A DNA stretch of 52,499 nt from Gammaproteobacteria bacterium (GCA_031370545.1 JANMQQ010000036.1:1-52499); one strand, 5' to 3'; positions 42,109-52,233 are shown, counted from the stretch's first letter. The notes: generated by a model from the sequence alone, not told the origin. A program made the numbers and translations.

Positions 42109-42911
42109 GTGGAGCGCCCTACCGCAGCGGCGTGCTTGCGATACGCCACCACCAGCATCGCAATGCCTATCGGTACCAAGGGCGCAGAAAGAATTTGCCC
42201 CATCGTCAGCCAGTCAAACGCAACAAAGCCCAGTTGCACATCGGGTTGACGGAAAAATTCGACAAAAAATCGGTAGCTGCCAAAGCAGATCAAAAACAAA
42301 CTCGACACCGCCATGGTCGGGCGGGGCTTGCGTGAATACAGCCAAATAATAGTGAAAATCACCAGGCCGCCGAGGAACGCTTGATACAATTGCGATGGAT
42401 GGCGCGGCAACTGATCCGGCGCATTTTGGAACACCATGCCCCACGGCACGTCGGTGACGCGACCCCACAATTCACCGTTGATAAAATTGCCAATGCGTCC
42501 GGCGCCGTAACCCAGCGGCACCAGCGGCGCAACGAAATCCGCGACCTGAAAAAAACTGCGCTGTGTGCGGCGCGCGAATATCGCCATGCCAATAATCACA
42601 CCGAGCAAGCCGCCATGAAACGACATGCCCCCTTGCCAGATTTTGAAAATATTCAGCGGCTGCGTGATGTAGTTGCTCAGGTCGTAAAACAGCACGTAAC
42701 CCAAGCGCCCGCCCAGAATCACACCGAGTGCGCCGTAGAACAATAAGTCGCTGACCTCTTCAACCTTCCAGCCCGAGTCAGGTTGCTTGGCGCGCAGAGA
42801 ACCCAGCCAATAAAAAGACAGAAACGCGACCAGATACATCAGGCCATACCAATGCACTTGCAGTGGGCCGAGACTGATCGCAACCGGGTTGATGTCGGGG
42901 TGAGTAAGCAT
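42105..42911 (-). CDS. lgt: Prolipoprotein diacylglyceryl transferase
   Basis: I moved the start to [27 protein letters not shown]. It has the ...[14 protein letters not shown]... signature. Confidence 0.9.
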   Translation of the reverse strand: MLTHPDINPVAISLGPLQVHWYGLMYLVAFLSFYWLGSLRAKQPDSGWKVEEVSDLLFYGALGVILGGRLGYVLFYDLSNYITQPLNIFKIWQGGMSFHGGLLGVIIGMAIFARRTQRSFFQVADFVAPLVPLGYGAGRIGNFINGELWGRVTDVPWGMVFQNAPDQLPRHPSQLYQAFLGGLVIFTIIWLYSRKPRPTMAVSSLFLICFGSYRFFVEFFRQPDVQLGFVAFDWLTMGQILSAPLVPIGIAMLVVAYRKHAAAVGRST

Positions 42912-43002
42912 GGTGCGGAATGTTAACACGCAGAATCCGGCAGGCAACGCGCTACAATGTTGCGCAACGATCTCCTGCGAGAAAATTTTTTATAAAACGC
43001 CT

Positions 43003-43860
43003 ATGAAAGTACCGAAAAGACTGCAACCGCTGGTCGACGATGGCCTGGTTGACGAAGTGATTTCCCAGTTGATGAGCGGCAAAGAAGCGCAGGTTTACGT
43101 CGTGCGCTGTGGCGCCGCGACGCGCTGCGCCAAAGTTTACAAAGAAGCTAACCAACGCAGCTTCCGGCAAGCCGTGCAATATCAGGAAGGCCGCAAAGTA
43201 AAAAACTCCCGCCGCGCCCGCGCCATGGGCAAACGCACCCGCTACGGACAAAAAGAATCCGAAGAAGCCTGGCTCAACGCCGAAGTCGACGCGCTGTATC
43301 GACTGGCCGCCGCAGGCGTACGCGTGCCGACGCCGTTTGGATTTGTCGATGGAGTGCTGCTGATGGAGTTGGTGACCGACGCTGACGGCAACGCGGCACC
43401 GCGACTCAATGATGTAGCACTGACCCGCGAGCAGGCGTTGGAGTATCACGCCCGCATCATCGCGGAAATCGTGCGCATGCTGTGCGCAGGTCTCGTGCAC
43501 GGCGATTTGTCACCCTTCAACGTGCTGGTGGACAACCACGGCCCCGTCATTATCGACCTGCCCCAAGCCGTCAACGCCGCAGGCAACAACAGCGCGGGCA
43601 TGATGCTGGAGCGCGACGTTGACAATATGGCGCTGTACTTCGGCCGCTACGCCCCCGCGTTACTCAAAACCGACTACGGCAAAGAAATCTGGGGATTATA
43701 TGTCGGCGGTAAACTCCAGCCTGACACCCCGCTCACCGGACGCTTCGAGCGCCCCACCGCAGAGGCCGATGTCGCCACCGTGATGCGCGTCATCGAACAT
43801 GCGCGTGAACAGGAAGCGGAACGGCGGCAGCGGGAAGTGGCGGCGCGGGAGGGGGAGTAG
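43003..43860 (+). CDS. RIO1-like atypical serine protein kinase
   Basis: I moved the start to ATG 43003 (MKVPKRLQPLVDDGLVDEVISQLMSGKEAQVY). It has the ...LVHGDLSPFNVLV... catalytic loop and IIDLPQAV metal-binding loop. Confidence 0.8.
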   Translation: MKVPKRLQPLVDDGLVDEVISQLMSGKEAQVYVVRCGAATRCAKVYKEANQRSFRQAVQYQEGRKVKNSRRARAMGKRTRYGQKESEEAWLNAEVDALYRLAAAGVRVPTPFGFVDGVLLMELVTDADGNAAPRLNDVALTREQALEYHARIIAEIVRMLCAGLVHGDLSPFNVLVDNHGPVIIDLPQAVNAAGNNSAGMMLERDVDNMALYFGRYAPALLKTDYGKEIWGLYVGGKLQPDTPLTGRFERPTAEADVATVMRVIEHAREQEAERRQREVAAREGE

Positions 43861-43988
43861 GGAGTGCAGGTTGTAACCTAAATTTTTAAATGTTATTACA
43901 CGACCCAAGCAACGCCCAGCTTTGGAAAAGCAGTTGTAGCTGGATTGTTGAGCCGCAGGCGGGAATGACGATGATGATCTAACTCAAA

Positions 43989-44854
43989 TCAATCCGGCTT
44001 TGTTGCCGCCGCCTGTAACAAGGGCCAACACTGCTTGCGCAGTTCGTCGAGCACATCCGCAAGCGGCGGCGCGGTGAGTCCACTGCGCGTGAGAAATGCC
44101 TGCCATAGGGTCTGTCGACTCACAGCGAAATCAGGCGCAAGCCCGGCAGGTAGCGTGGCCGGCAATGCGGTTTGCCGCCGTGCGAACGTTGCACGAATCG
44201 CAGCCGGTAACACTGTGTGGTCAATATTTTCGTAGCGCATCAACACCCACAGATCGAAATAGTCTTTGACGCGTGAATTGAATCCGGCCAGCTTCACCAT
44301 CGCCTCCAGTTTTTCCCCACGACAGTCTCCAGTGGATACACTGCCAACACCGGTGTCGGCATATCGAGCAAAGTTGGATAAGCGTGTTGCGATGGAGCCG
44401 GTGTGACTGCATCTCCAAAACCAATGTCGCATTGCACGGGAATACGTGCGCCGTCGAGTGTCGCCGTCATGCTGACTCGCACGCCGGGGTATCCGGCCTC
44501 TTTCCGAATCTCCACCGCGCGCACCGAATCGGTGTTGAAGACCAACCCGTCATCCGCCGTCATATCCAAGGAAACAATCTGGCGAAACACTGCGGCACAG
44601 TGTTCGGGGTCGGCCTCGCCGAAGCCTAGAAAATCAGCATCGCGTGTCGGCCGCTGCGTGAGATCAAACCACAAACGAAACAACAGAGCGCCCTTGAGTA
44701 CGAAGCGTTCGCGATGGACCGACTGCGCTAACCGATAAAGTAGGCGTTCCAACGCATAGTTGACCAGCATCTGTTGGAAATCTTCGTGGCGTTCGCGCGC
44801 CAGGTTGAGCAAGCGTTGCCGGATCGAGGCTGCACTATTGGCCTTTCCCGTCAT
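43989..44854 (-). pseudogene. abiEii: AbiEii/AbiGii-family nucleotidyltransferase toxin, disrupted by a 1-nt frameshift
   Basis: ORF 44294..44854 (..RPTRDADFLGFG.., ..YPLETVVGKNWRRW*) and ORF 43989..44432 (..GEKLEAMVKLAGFNSRVKDYFDLW..) are the two halves of one AbiEii protein. Adding one G to the G4 run (C4 on the plus strand, 44315-44318) restores ..ETVVGEKLEAMV... Confidence 0.8.
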
Positions 44855-45459
44855 GCCACCAGGGCCTCAACATACGGCCGCAGCACCGCCTGAACGCGAC
44901 ACACACGCGCCATTTTGTCGAGCTCATCCAGCGTAAAACATCGCTGTTGCCAGCCTTCGCGCAGCGCCTCAATGGCGACATCAAGACCAATGTGATTACG
45001 GAACTTGAAACAGTCCGCCACCGTTTTCGCCATTGAATACACCCGCACCGTTCCGCCCGCGCGTTTATGTTTCTCGATACTGGCGGTATAGGCCGCGCCG
45101 GAAAAATGCACGATGCGCAACGGCGGATAGTCCTCGAGTTTGTGCCACGCGCTTTTGGGCAGCGCTAGCCACACCACGGACGGCGATTGAGTGGTGATCT
45201 CATGAAACGCCAATGCCGAGAGCAGGCACAGAACTCCTTGTGGATAGCGGTGCATCACCTGTACCCAACTATCGCTGGCGTCCCGAACCGTTGCGAGTTG
45301 ATAAACGCCTCGGCGCACACGCACGATGCGCCTCTGATCAACCAGCTCCGCCAGCGTGCGAAACAGCACCGGCCGCGACAGGCCCAGGCGCTCGAAATCC
45401 GCTACCTCTGCATTGCCCCGCTTGGTGATGTATTTGAGTATAGCGTCTGACCCGGCCAT
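44851..45459 (-). CDS. abiEi: AbiEi-family type IV toxin-antitoxin antitoxin / transcriptional regulator
   Basis: 202-aa ORF with an N-terminal wHTH (..LSRPVLFRTLAELVDQRRIVRVRRGVYQL). It overlaps the abiEii start by 4 nt, the typical abiEi-abiEii arrangement. Confidence 0.75.
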   Translation of the reverse strand: MAGSDAILKYITKRGNAEVADFERLGLSRPVLFRTLAELVDQRRIVRVRRGVYQLATVRDASDSWVQVMHRYPQGVLCLLSALAFHEITTQSPSVVWLALPKSAWHKLEDYPPLRIVHFSGAAYTASIEKHKRAGGTVRVYSMAKTVADCFKFRNHIGLDVAIEALREGWQQRCFTLDELDKMARVCRVQAVLRPYVEALVA

Positions 45460-45467
45460 GAGACATT

Positions 45468-45495
45468 CCTAGTTACTTAAATATATGTAACTAGG
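45468..45495. promoter_or_regulatory. Candidate AbiEi operator: 9-bp perfect inverted repeat
   Basis: CCTAGTTAC-ttaaatatat-GTAACTAGG lies 9 nt upstream of the abiEi start codon, next to an AGGA RBS. Confidence 0.4.
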
Positions 45496-45588
45496 TTAGT
45501 CTCCAGTGTTGCCAAGCGCAATACGCATCTCGGCCAGTTCCGGTGTAACCGGACTTAAGTCTGTAATTCCATCCGTTATTTTATCGAG

Positions 45589-47553
45589 TTAAGAAATCCA
45601 CTCCGAGGGAATAAGGCTCATGCCATTTCTCCACTCCTCGAAAGCAACCACATTTGGGATATCACCCCAAACGTCACGCGGCGCATGATCGAGCACAATC
45701 ACTTGTAGGCGTCCTTTTGCTGACGCAACAACCTGCGCCAATGTTTTAAACGCCTTTCGTACTGCTTCGATATCTTCATCTTTGATTTGCGGTTCCTCAG
45801 GTATCTCGCCCTCACGAACAACTAGCTTTTTCGGAAAATATACTTGGCTGGGTTGGTCCATCACCAAGAAGCTTGGCACGGGGCTGTGATCAAGACTCAG
45901 GAAAAACTGCTGGAGAGCAAGAGTGACAGCGATGTGGTATGAGAGCCAGTTCGAACCGCTACCGATTTCCGAGAGATAGTCGTCACGGTTGACTCCGGTG
46001 ACCTTGACTGTCAGATCGTCGATTTCTAACGATACGGGGTCATCCGGTCGTTCGCTATCGAGCAGTGGCATTAGGCGCGCGGTATTGGCATTTACTAAAC
46101 GCAAAGCTCTTTGTTTCCTTTCTTCAAGATTCTCTCGACGCAGCACCTCATTTAGTTGTCGGTATTGCTCTCTCAACTGATCCACTTCAGAACGTAGACC
46201 TCCTTCATCCCCAAGTCGACGATGAAGATCCAGTGCACTTTCAAGTCTTCCGACAAATCGCTCAGCTCTCTTGCTTTGATATTGCTGCGCTCTTGCTGAC
46301 TCTGATCGCTGGGTTAATGCCGTTTTGCGAACCTGAATCGCTTTGAGCTTCTCCGTGGTCTCGCTGATGTCAACTTGCACTCGTTGCATTTCACGATCAA
46401 AGGCAGCAGGTATTTCAAAGTCGCCTCCGGCGTCATTTTCCAACTCCGCCAGAGATTTTTTCAACTCATTCAACTGTTCACTTGGCTTCATATTGCCTCC
46501 ACATATCGGGCAATTCGCTTTTCCGTCTGCATGTTGTCCAATCCAATCCGCAAGCTGCAAACGATCACGCTGAATATGAAGAGCCTCGTGATAGTTCGAA
46601 GCGCTCCCACCAATTCGACTCATCTCAGTCAATCGGCGCCGAAGACCTGTGAGGTCGAGAGAAACTTGCAATTCTTCCGCTTCCAATCCATTTAACTCCT
46701 GAACCGCTTGGGTAATCGTGGCGGTGCTCACGGCGAGCGTCACGTCAGTCCGATGAACTATATTTTCTAAGAGACTGATCATCTCTTCATGGACAATCTG
46801 ACCCTCAGTAGCTATCAGGCCGAGCTCGCGCGCTTCACTGACTTTTGTCTGAAGCTCTGCTACCCATTGTGCAGATACTTCGGCTGCATCCTTTAGTTCG
46901 CGCTCCTTCCGAGTAAGGTCGCTTTTCAGTCGCTTCAGTTCATGTTGTTTTGCTAGCAGTGCCGGTGTGATTGCGCCAAGAATGTACGGAAATATTTTCC
47001 TGAGCCTTTCGCGATGTTCATATCTATCGGTTTTGAAGAAAAACACCTCGGGATTTGCGATCACATTCTGAGGTTGAAAAAGGAAGGCACTTAGATCGCG
47101 AAAGCTGGGCCTCGCGTCGAATCCGCTTTGAGAGTCACCGAGTCCGAAGTCTAAATTGGTAAGACCCGCTAACTCATCAAGTAGCCGCCTAACGTTTCCT
47201 GCGTTTGTATTCTTGGTTAAGGTTTTAGGCACATCTAAAATTGTTGGAGCCTCCAACAAAAACATATCCTCAGTCGCCCGTTGCGCGCCTGGCTCGCGAC
47301 GAGCAAATAATTTGTCACCTGTACTCGTTTTCACTACAACGCCGAACCACTCAGATGCTTCTCGAATGGTTTTGACGGGAATCGAACAACTGCTGGATGC
47401 GAGACAGTAATCGATAATGGGAATGACCGCAGATTTTCCGGTTCGCGACGCTCCGCTAATTACGGTCACCTTCCCAGTTTCGAAACGAACTCGACGAGGT
47501 GAGAACGTTGAGTTTCGTGGCCACAAAATAATCTCTTTTATTTGAAAAAACAT
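45589..47553 (-). CDS. lmuB: Lamassu LmuB: SMC/Rad50-like ABC ATPase (DUF3732 type)
   Basis: 654-aa ORF with the N-terminus IKEIILWPRN...VTVISGASRTGKSAVIPIIDYCL (Walker A) and a roughly 300-aa coiled-coil middle containing CPICGG. The C-terminus has GSGSNWLSYHIAVTLAL and FLVMDQPSQVYFP (Walker B/D-loop). Confidence 0.85.
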   Translation of the reverse strand: MFFQIKEIILWPRNSTFSPRRVRFETGKVTVISGASRTGKSAVIPIIDYCLASSSCSIPVKTIREASEWFGVVVKTSTGDKLFARREPGAQRATEDMFLLEAPTILDVPKTLTKNTNAGNVRRLLDELAGLTNLDFGLGDSQSGFDARPSFRDLSAFLFQPQNVIANPEVFFFKTDRYEHRERLRKIFPYILGAITPALLAKQHELKRLKSDLTRKERELKDAAEVSAQWVAELQTKVSEARELGLIATEGQIVHEEMISLLENIVHRTDVTLAVSTATITQAVQELNGLEAEELQVSLDLTGLRRRLTEMSRIGGSASNYHEALHIQRDRLQLADWIGQHADGKANCPICGGNMKPSEQLNELKKSLAELENDAGGDFEIPAAFDREMQRVQVDISETTEKLKAIQVRKTALTQRSESARAQQYQSKRAERFVGRLESALDLHRRLGDEGGLRSEVDQLREQYRQLNEVLRRENLEERKQRALRLVNANTARLMPLLDSERPDDPVSLEIDDLTVKVTGVNRDDYLSEIGSGSNWLSYHIAVTLALQQFFLSLDHSPVPSFLVMDQPSQVYFPKKLVVREGEIPEEPQIKDEDIEAVRKAFKTLAQVVASAKGRLQVIVLDHAPRDVWGDIPNVVAFEEWRNGMSLIPSEWIS

Positions 47554-48054
47554 TCAGAATCTCACCTTCAAGGTATTAGTAATTTCGTGCATGGTCAGTA
47601 GGCCGCACCAAGCGCCAAGCTTCTCAGAATTTTTCATCAAACGCTTAATGTCAGGTGCTATACCTGCTACCGCTTGGGTCGTCGACAACGGGACTACAGT
47701 TGCAGCGCTTAGATGAAGTAAGTGAGATGCGAAAGCCAGACGAATGGACTCAATACTTAGCTGCCGCAGCGTCAGCATCCGATTGTGAATGGCCAGTAGG
47801 AGATCTTGTTTGGAGTTCTCGGGCTCACCGAACTTTGCAGCAAACATCCGTAATCCCGACTTCTTTTGAGTATTGTTTACAAACGCTTCAGTTTTTTCAT
47901 GTAGAACGATGGGAAGCACAAGAAAGAGAAGGGGGAAAGGTGCCGGGTCGTGCGTGCGGTGAGTAGTCACATACCCACATGCAAACCGCCAAATTAGCCC
48001 TGCCCCCAGCGCAGGGTTCTGTATATTCCGCACCTCTTGTGTCAACACACTCAT
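47554..48054 (-). CDS. lmuC: Lamassu LmuC / ABC-3C middle component
   Basis: 166-aa ORF between the effector and the ATPase. Its start overlaps the lmuA stop (ATGA) and its stop abuts the lmuB ATG (TGAATG). The call rests on size and position. Confidence 0.65.
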   Translation of the reverse strand: MSVLTQEVRNIQNPALGAGLIWRFACGYVTTHRTHDPAPFPLLFLVLPIVLHEKTEAFVNNTQKKSGLRMFAAKFGEPENSKQDLLLAIHNRMLTLRQLSIESIRLAFASHLLHLSAATVVPLSTTQAVAGIAPDIKRLMKNSEKLGAWCGLLTMHEITNTLKVRF

Positions 48055-49301
48055 GCTGCGTCTGAGGCTAGACTTTTAAGTAAATCCCGATAGCGTGGGT
48101 GCCAGCCAATGACCTGACTGTCGGATAATCGATGAAAACACCCCGAAATAAAATGTGAGGGTGGCTCCATGCCCTGCACCTTGCCCGCATGAAGCATGCA
48201 GCGCGCATGCAACAACCGTCCTCGTTCAACTTCTTCTACTGAAGCGGCCTCAACATCGGTGGCACGGCGATGATTCGCCCAGGTCCGGCTAAGGTTGTCG
48301 TCTAACTCCGCAAACGACTCGTCATGAACGTCACCTGCCTTACTCCAAAGCACGCGATTCGAACACGCTTGCAGAAAATCACTGATTGCCGCTAGCTTGT
48401 CATCAAAACTTATCTCAACAAGATCAAGTTGCTGAACAAACATGTCGGGTAAGTGCTGCTTCGTTTCCTCATCCAATGGTTTTCTTGCCATGCTTTTCAG
48501 AATTAACTCACGGTCCACCATTCGGACATAGGCTACATATTCTCCATGGAAGTCGTCATGCGAAATATACGCGGGTAGTTTCTTTTCGAGCTGTTTGTCG
48601 ATTTGTCGTTTCACCCAGCCGCACAACTTGTCGGCCACATCGAAGACTCTCGCTCCTGAAACCGGACCACGACGTATTTCGGCTTCAATGTCTGCTTGTG
48701 GACTGCCGCTTCCGCATACAAGCTGAAAATTTACTATTAGTGGAACTAGAATGTTCTCATCGGTTTCGAAAAACGGATTTACATAACGAGCGAGACTCTC
48801 TGGCAACTCAATTCTATCTTCAACATCCGGAGCATTACCCGATAGAATTCCTCGCGCTTTTGCCAATGCTGATAGGGCTTCCGCACTAGAAGTAGCACGA
48901 CTAAATTCCGCAACGACATCGCCGCTAACCTGTCGCGAAACGTACAACTGAAAATTGGTTTGAGCTGGTACAACACATCTGGTTTTTACAAGCTCTATCC
49001 AGTTATAAAATGTTTTCCAAAGGAAAATAGACCGGTCAGCCACTGGATTATTGGTTAATGCACTCTTGGACTGCACAAGCAGGCTCTCGCCGGTCGCTGT
49101 TTGTTCCGCCACATCATCGAAAACCTCTAGGCTGCAAATGCTTCCAGGTCGCGCCTCAAGAAGCATCATGGTCAACCGCGTGTATTGAAGCCCATAACCA
49201 AGCGCCTGTCCGGCGGCAGTTGCCGGAGTTTTAGTTCCCTTGTTAATTGGGGTCTTCTTGCGTGCCATAAGAGTGATATCCAAATATTTTGTGGCTGACA
49301 A
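48051..49301 (-). CDS. lmuA: Lamassu LmuA effector with N-terminal Cap4/DUF4297-like restriction-endonuclease-fold nuclease
   Basis: 416-aa ORF. Residues around LEVFDDVAEQTATGESLLVQSKS (49063-49131) fit the D...(E/Q)xK nuclease motif of Cap4-type LmuA. I could not assign the C-terminal roughly 300 aa. Confidence 0.65.
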   Translation of the reverse strand: MSATKYLDITLMARKKTPINKGTKTPATAAGQALGYGLQYTRLTMMLLEARPGSICSLEVFDDVAEQTATGESLLVQSKSALTNNPVADRSIFLWKTFYNWIELVKTRCVVPAQTNFQLYVSRQVSGDVVAEFSRATSSAEALSALAKARGILSGNAPDVEDRIELPESLARYVNPFFETDENILVPLIVNFQLVCGSGSPQADIEAEIRRGPVSGARVFDVADKLCGWVKRQIDKQLEKKLPAYISHDDFHGEYVAYVRMVDRELILKSMARKPLDEETKQHLPDMFVQQLDLVEISFDDKLAAISDFLQACSNRVLWSKAGDVHDESFAELDDNLSRTWANHRRATDVEAASVEEVERGRLLHARCMLHAGKVQGMEPPSHFISGCFHRLSDSQVIGWHPRYRDLLKSLASDAA

Positions 49302-49558
49302 TGCAGAATAGAGTCAATGAGAGTGTGCCACCCCAATGAGTATGTCGAACCTGCGTCGTTTTGTTTTCAGTCTTGTTGTTTCGGCTAAGCAGTCGAGTCG
49401 TTCTCAACGTTTTCATTTTTATGTTGTAGAAAGCCTAGCACACAGAACTGCACGGCGCGCCGAGCCGCCGCATCCGACCAATCTCACCTTTTCCGCCAGC
49501 CATTCCGGGCCCGGTGATTCTCACCGGCACGGAATCAGGTCCTCTCTAATTTGAGAGA

Positions 49559-50800
49559 TCATTTTGGATCGATCCTATCCTCAGGCACTTTCTCGCGGCG
49601 CGTGAGCAGAATAAATGGCAACGCCAATAACTGGATGCCAGCGCCGACAAGGTAAGACGTGCCATAGCTCCACACATCGGCAACCTTGCCCAGCGCAGGT
49701 TGCGCGAATACACCGCCGGATGAAGTGAGAAGGTTATCGGAAGACAGAACCGTCGCGCGTTGTGCCGACGGGATCAAGGCATTGATGAACGCATCGCGGA
49801 TCGGCGACGTTGCCGCGAACATGATTGCCCAGATCGTTAACATCGCCAATGCGAACCAAAAATTGGGTGCGAGCCCGATCAGTAGCAGTGCACTCGCGCT
49901 CATGAGTAGACCCACGAGCAAGACCGATGTGGCGCGGCGAAACACTTTATGCACGTAATGCACCAGCAAGCCGCCCGCAATCTGCGCGCCCGCGACGATC
50001 GCGGCGGCGAGCCCCGCGATGGCAAACGAATCGCTCTTGCCATAAAGCTCGAGCAGATACGGCTGCATCGCATAAAAGGTGTAGATGCCGACGCCGCCGC
50101 TGAACGGCGCCGCGAGCATTAGCCAGCGCACTGGCGGATTGCGCAAACCATAATCCAACGACGACTTGAGAATGCCGCGCGCCTCTTGCAAAACCGAGGC
50201 GTTTTTTCGCGGCGTGAAGCCGATGTCGCGCATTAACAGGAAGGCCGCGACGAATGTCACCGCAAGGATGGCGGTGCGCACCAGATACGGCACACCTAGA
50301 TTCGTCATCTGCGCGAGTGCGCCGCCCGCCACCGTTCCCGCGAGCATCGCCACACCTCCGGCGATTTGCCCCTTTGCGAACGCCGCCTCCAATGTGCCTT
50401 GGTATTTCGTCGCGTTTAGTCCATCGACCAGCCACGCCTCGGTGGCGCCCGAGAAAAATGTAAAGCCAAGCCCCAGCAGCATCGAAGCCAGCGCCCACGC
50501 CCATAACGGTGCACTGATGTTCCACATCCAGAAATACAACAATGTCGACGCCATCAGCGTCGCCGAGCCAAGCAAGTATGAAGTTCTGCGCCCGAATGTA
50601 TCGGCGACAATTCCCGTCGGCACTTCAAACAGCACCATGCCGACGGTAAAGACGGCGTTCGCGGCGAACGCCTCGGTAATGCTTAAACCCGCATCAAGTA
50701 GGAACAGCGTATTGATACCCCAGATCAACGACGAGGCCAGCGTGGAGAGCAGCGTTAGCGTGATATAGATTCTAAGGACCTGCTCGGCGGTTGTTTTCAT
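49559..50800 (-). CDS. MFS transporter
   Basis: I moved the start to ATG 50800 (MKTTAEQVL...). It has about 12 TM helices and an MFS loop motif, GIVADTFGRR. Confidence 0.85.
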   Translation of the reverse strand: MKTTAEQVLRIYITLTLLSTLASSLIWGINTLFLLDAGLSITEAFAANAVFTVGMVLFEVPTGIVADTFGRRTSYLLGSATLMASTLLYFWMWNISAPLWAWALASMLLGLGFTFFSGATEAWLVDGLNATKYQGTLEAAFAKGQIAGGVAMLAGTVAGGALAQMTNLGVPYLVRTAILAVTFVAAFLLMRDIGFTPRKNASVLQEARGILKSSLDYGLRNPPVRWLMLAAPFSGGVGIYTFYAMQPYLLELYGKSDSFAIAGLAAAIVAGAQIAGGLLVHYVHKVFRRATSVLLVGLLMSASALLLIGLAPNFWFALAMLTIWAIMFAATSPIRDAFINALIPSAQRATVLSSDNLLTSSGGVFAQPALGKVADVWSYGTSYLVGAGIQLLALPFILLTRREKVPEDRIDPK

Positions 50801-50985
50801 TTCCGTCCAGTGTATTGGACTCGAATCCACATGCGCATCGGCAGAACAACGTAAAAGCCGGAAGATAAATTTGTAGGCCGATGTGAGAGCGGACCTAATT
50901 TGGGGCCGCTCGATTTCGGAAAAGAGGAAGGTTATCCTTCCGCTACTTCGAGGTTGAAGACTTCACCGCCAACAAGGATGTCTAT

Positions 50986-51798
50986 TTGAAACTTTATCGT
51001 CTTCTTTTGCTCTGCGCTGCGGCCACGCTGTGCGCTTGCGCTACCGTCAACGATACACGCAACTTTGCCAACAGCGCGTCGGAGTTAATGGCGTACCGCG
51101 CTCTCACGTTGTACTGGGCCGCGACCTACGAACGTGAGCGGCGCTTTTTGTTCGACGCCGATCTGGCGCAATCCAAATCTGAAGATGACGTACGCCAGAC
51201 GGTGGTGCCGGATGTGCTCAACATCCACACCACCGTCGCGCGCTACTTCACGACGCTCGCGCAGCTTGCGGGTGATGAAGCCAACGCGACCGGCTCATCC
51301 GCGGATGTCGCGGCGAAGTCGATCAAGCAATTGCCGCTCACCGGTCTGAACGATCAGCACGTGGATGCTTATGCCAAGCTTGCCAATCTCATCGCAGCGG
51401 GTTACCAGCGGCACTTGATCGCAAACTATGTGCGCGACGGCGACGCGCCCTTGCAAACGCTACTGGCCGGCATGCACCAGGTGTTGCGCGTGTATCAAGG
51501 CACGTTGCGCAATGAACTTGGGCGCGCGGGCGTTCTCATGCTGGTCGAGCGCAATACGCCGCAGGGCAAGACGCTGGCTGCGCTCGCCAATGCCGAATAT
51601 CGCCGCGTGGAAATTGAAATTGAAACCACCCGCAAACGCATCGATGCGCTCGACACGGCGATCATCAAAATCGGCGAGGGGCACCAAAAGCTGGTCGCCG
51701 ATGTTGCGCTGAATCGTGATGACCTGAAACTCGCTTTGCGCAATATCACCGGCGAATTGAATGCGCTGCATTCGAAATTACAAACTCTGCGGGATTAA
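50986..51798 (+). CDS. Hypothetical helical lipoprotein
   Basis: TTG start with AAGGA 9 nt upstream. Lipobox LKLYRLLLLCAAATLCAC|A. The remainder is predicted helical or coiled-coil, and no family was recognised. Confidence 0.45.
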   Translation: MKLYRLLLLCAAATLCACATVNDTRNFANSASELMAYRALTLYWAATYERERRFLFDADLAQSKSEDDVRQTVVPDVLNIHTTVARYFTTLAQLAGDEANATGSSADVAAKSIKQLPLTGLNDQHVDAYAKLANLIAAGYQRHLIANYVRDGDAPLQTLLAGMHQVLRVYQGTLRNELGRAGVLMLVERNTPQGKTLAALANAEYRRVEIEIETTRKRIDALDTAIIKIGEGHQKLVADVALNRDDLKLALRNITGELNALHSKLQTLRD

Positions 51799-51801
51799 AC
51801 C

Positions 51802-52233
51802 ATGGCAACAAATAACGACAACGGACTGGACTCTGTCGAGCGCGTGCTGGCAGCGGCGGATGCATTGACCGCCGCCGCCGACGCCGCGCAAGCGTGGATC
51901 AAGCAGCAGATTGATGAGCGTGCGATTCAAGCGGCTCAGGCACACGAGTTGTTCACGGCGGCGAATCAAATTCGCGGCATGGCCAACGTGATCTACACCA
52001 CCGCTGCGGCTGCGGTCGTCAAAAACCTCGGCGAATCACAAACCGCAGTGCTCACGGTGATCAAAGAAGCCGAAAAAAACATCGCGCAAATCCGCACCGC
52101 CAAACACATGATCGACTTGATTGCGGACCTGATTGCATTGGCCGCCGCGATCAATACGGGCAAACCCAAGTCGATCATCGCGACCATAAATGAAGTGCGC
52201 AACGATGTCGGCACGGTGATCGCCGCGCGTTGA
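51802..52233 (+). CDS. Hypothetical Ala-rich helical protein
   Basis: 143-aa ORF starting 4 nt after the previous stop, so translationally coupled. It has no signal peptide and no recognised family. Confidence 0.4.
   Translation: MATNNDNGLDSVERVLAAADALTAAADAAQAWIKQQIDERAIQAAQAHELFTAANQIRGMANVIYTTAAAAVVKNLGESQTAVLTVIKEAEKNIAQIRTAKHMIDLIADLIALAAAINTGKPKSIIATINEVRNDVGTVIAAR

Noticed and set aside
49947-50525. 192-aa minus-strand alternative frame and 200-aa plus-strand ORF (50166..50768) within the MFS gene
   Set aside because: The 423-aa frame shows regular TM helices and the MFS loop motif. The alternatives are Arg/Gly-rich or Ala/Ser-rich with no features.
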